The notes under the pieces are model-generated. The model searched no databases. It was not told where the DNA came from and saw nothing but the letters and a program-made list of their open reading frames with translations. A stretch of 63,964 nucleotides of DNA, counting the filler, from Rhabdomonas costata (Eukaryota): NCBI GenBank assembly GCA_019059605.1. It is 52 parts of 52 records of this genome, joined end to end, with 100 filler letters (N's around TTAATTAATTAA, not from the genome) between each part and the next. Parts side by side here need not be neighbours in the genome. Positions count along the whole stretch, not along the records: positions 62,833 to 63,964 come from JAHMHO010027017.1; 51 more parts are not named here. One strand, 5' to 3'. The position numbers were made by a program, and so were the translations under genes. Positions 62,953 to 63,964 of this stretch are shown piece by piece. Numbering within the stretch: position 1 is the first letter of the stretch; each line of letters starts with the position of its first letter.

Positions 62953-63964
62953 AGGCAGTACGGGCGCGTCCTTTTTCGGTGTTCAACGCCACCGATTGTC
63001 GCAGCAGCATCCGCTGGCATCCCTTGCAGCCGCTTAATGACCTGAGCTTGCCGTTGCCCGTGCGCCTTCATGGTTCCATACCGCCCTCACCAATGATGCT
63101 TCCATAGGGTGGGGCTGCCCGGGTGGTATCCAAGAGGAACTCCTCCCTGGGGGAGCTGATCATTGGCACTGCGGAGGGGCCTTCCGCGGGCAACCCCCTT
63201 GCTGGGCGCGCCCTCGAGGCTCGAGGCCCAAAACTGTGGACCGCGCACAATCCACAAGGTCTGTCACGTCCTATCTGTGCGTGACAGTCTTCGATTAAAT
63301 CTCGTGCCCCGAATAGGCCGGAGCGGCGGCGGAGGTCCTGCGCTTTCCCCTATCCCTTAACCCCGGATTCAGTCCTTTATCTTTCTCCGCAAATTGTGCT
63401 GTTGTTTTGTGCAGCCGTGATGGAATGGTGACGGTGAAGTGTGCTCCTAATGACCTCTTCACCGTAGTCTCCTGTAACTTAGTTTGTCTTTTTTCATCTA
63501 AATCGCGGTTCCCAAAACGTCTGCAACCCTTGTTGGGGCCGGATACGCACGGCGAAAGAGCCGTTGACCCAGTGACAGATGCACAGAAGATTGTCTCCCT
63601 GGGCATTTACCCCTTAATAGCAAAAATACTGCCTCTAATGGATACTTGCACAATCTTCCAGACCCCTTTCCCTCCTGTTTTCGCGTTTTCCCTCCCTATC
63701 TTTCCGCACCCCTGCCGGCTTCTCCGGCTTGTGTCCCGCTCACCCCCTTGTAATTTGTATCATGCTTCTATGCAACTCACTTTCGGTTTAGTTGGTTCAC
63801 ACACACCCTTCTCACCCGTGTTCCGCACCACCACGCCGCCCTCGCCTTGCGACAGAGGGTCCTGCGGGAGCCCGCACCCCCACCGACAGCTCGGCGTGCA
63901 CTTCGCGCAGCTCCGACATCCGCCTCACGTTTTTCGTAGCTCGCATGGTCGGCCCCACCACACC

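Noticed and set aside
1-63964. A gene cluster or system formed by neighbouring genes (cyclases, kinases, RNF213, cullin)
   Set aside because: Neighbours lie on different contigs ordered by length, so adjacency carries no biological information.

Overview
This window is not a contiguous locus. It is 52 unrelated contigs of about 1.13 kb joined by 51 artificial 100-nt linkers (N44-TTAATTAATTAA-N44), so no synteny or operon inference is valid across linkers, and ORFs ending in 'XXX..LIN' are artefacts. Most contig ends carry G/T-rich (5') or C/A-rich (3') tails resembling the GenomePlex whole-genome-amplification primer, and several end in fold-back hairpins. The DNA is from an intron-rich eukaryote with short GC-rich exons. 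It is most likely a euglenid (inference from a Euglena-like delta-8 desaturase exon, kinetoplastid-type cyclases with introns, and GC-AG introns). Reading exon by exon on both strands gives fragments of: four class III nucleotidyl cyclases of three subtypes, two sensor ectodomains, a NEK-like kinase, a DYRK kinase, an inositol polyphosphate 5-phosphatase, a CLC channel, a cullin, a heme peroxidase, an intronless RNF213-like AAA+ region, PPR, LRR, WD40, kelch, ankyrin, ZZ-finger and ASH-domain proteins, and a decayed Ty3/gypsy RT. The most intriguing items are a 1006-bp non-coding circular or tandem unit with inverted iteron-like arrays (3700-4832), the RNF213-like gene, relaxed splice sites (GC donors, AAG acceptors), and enzymes with substituted key residues. 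All family calls are from motif recognition by eye; no database search was run.
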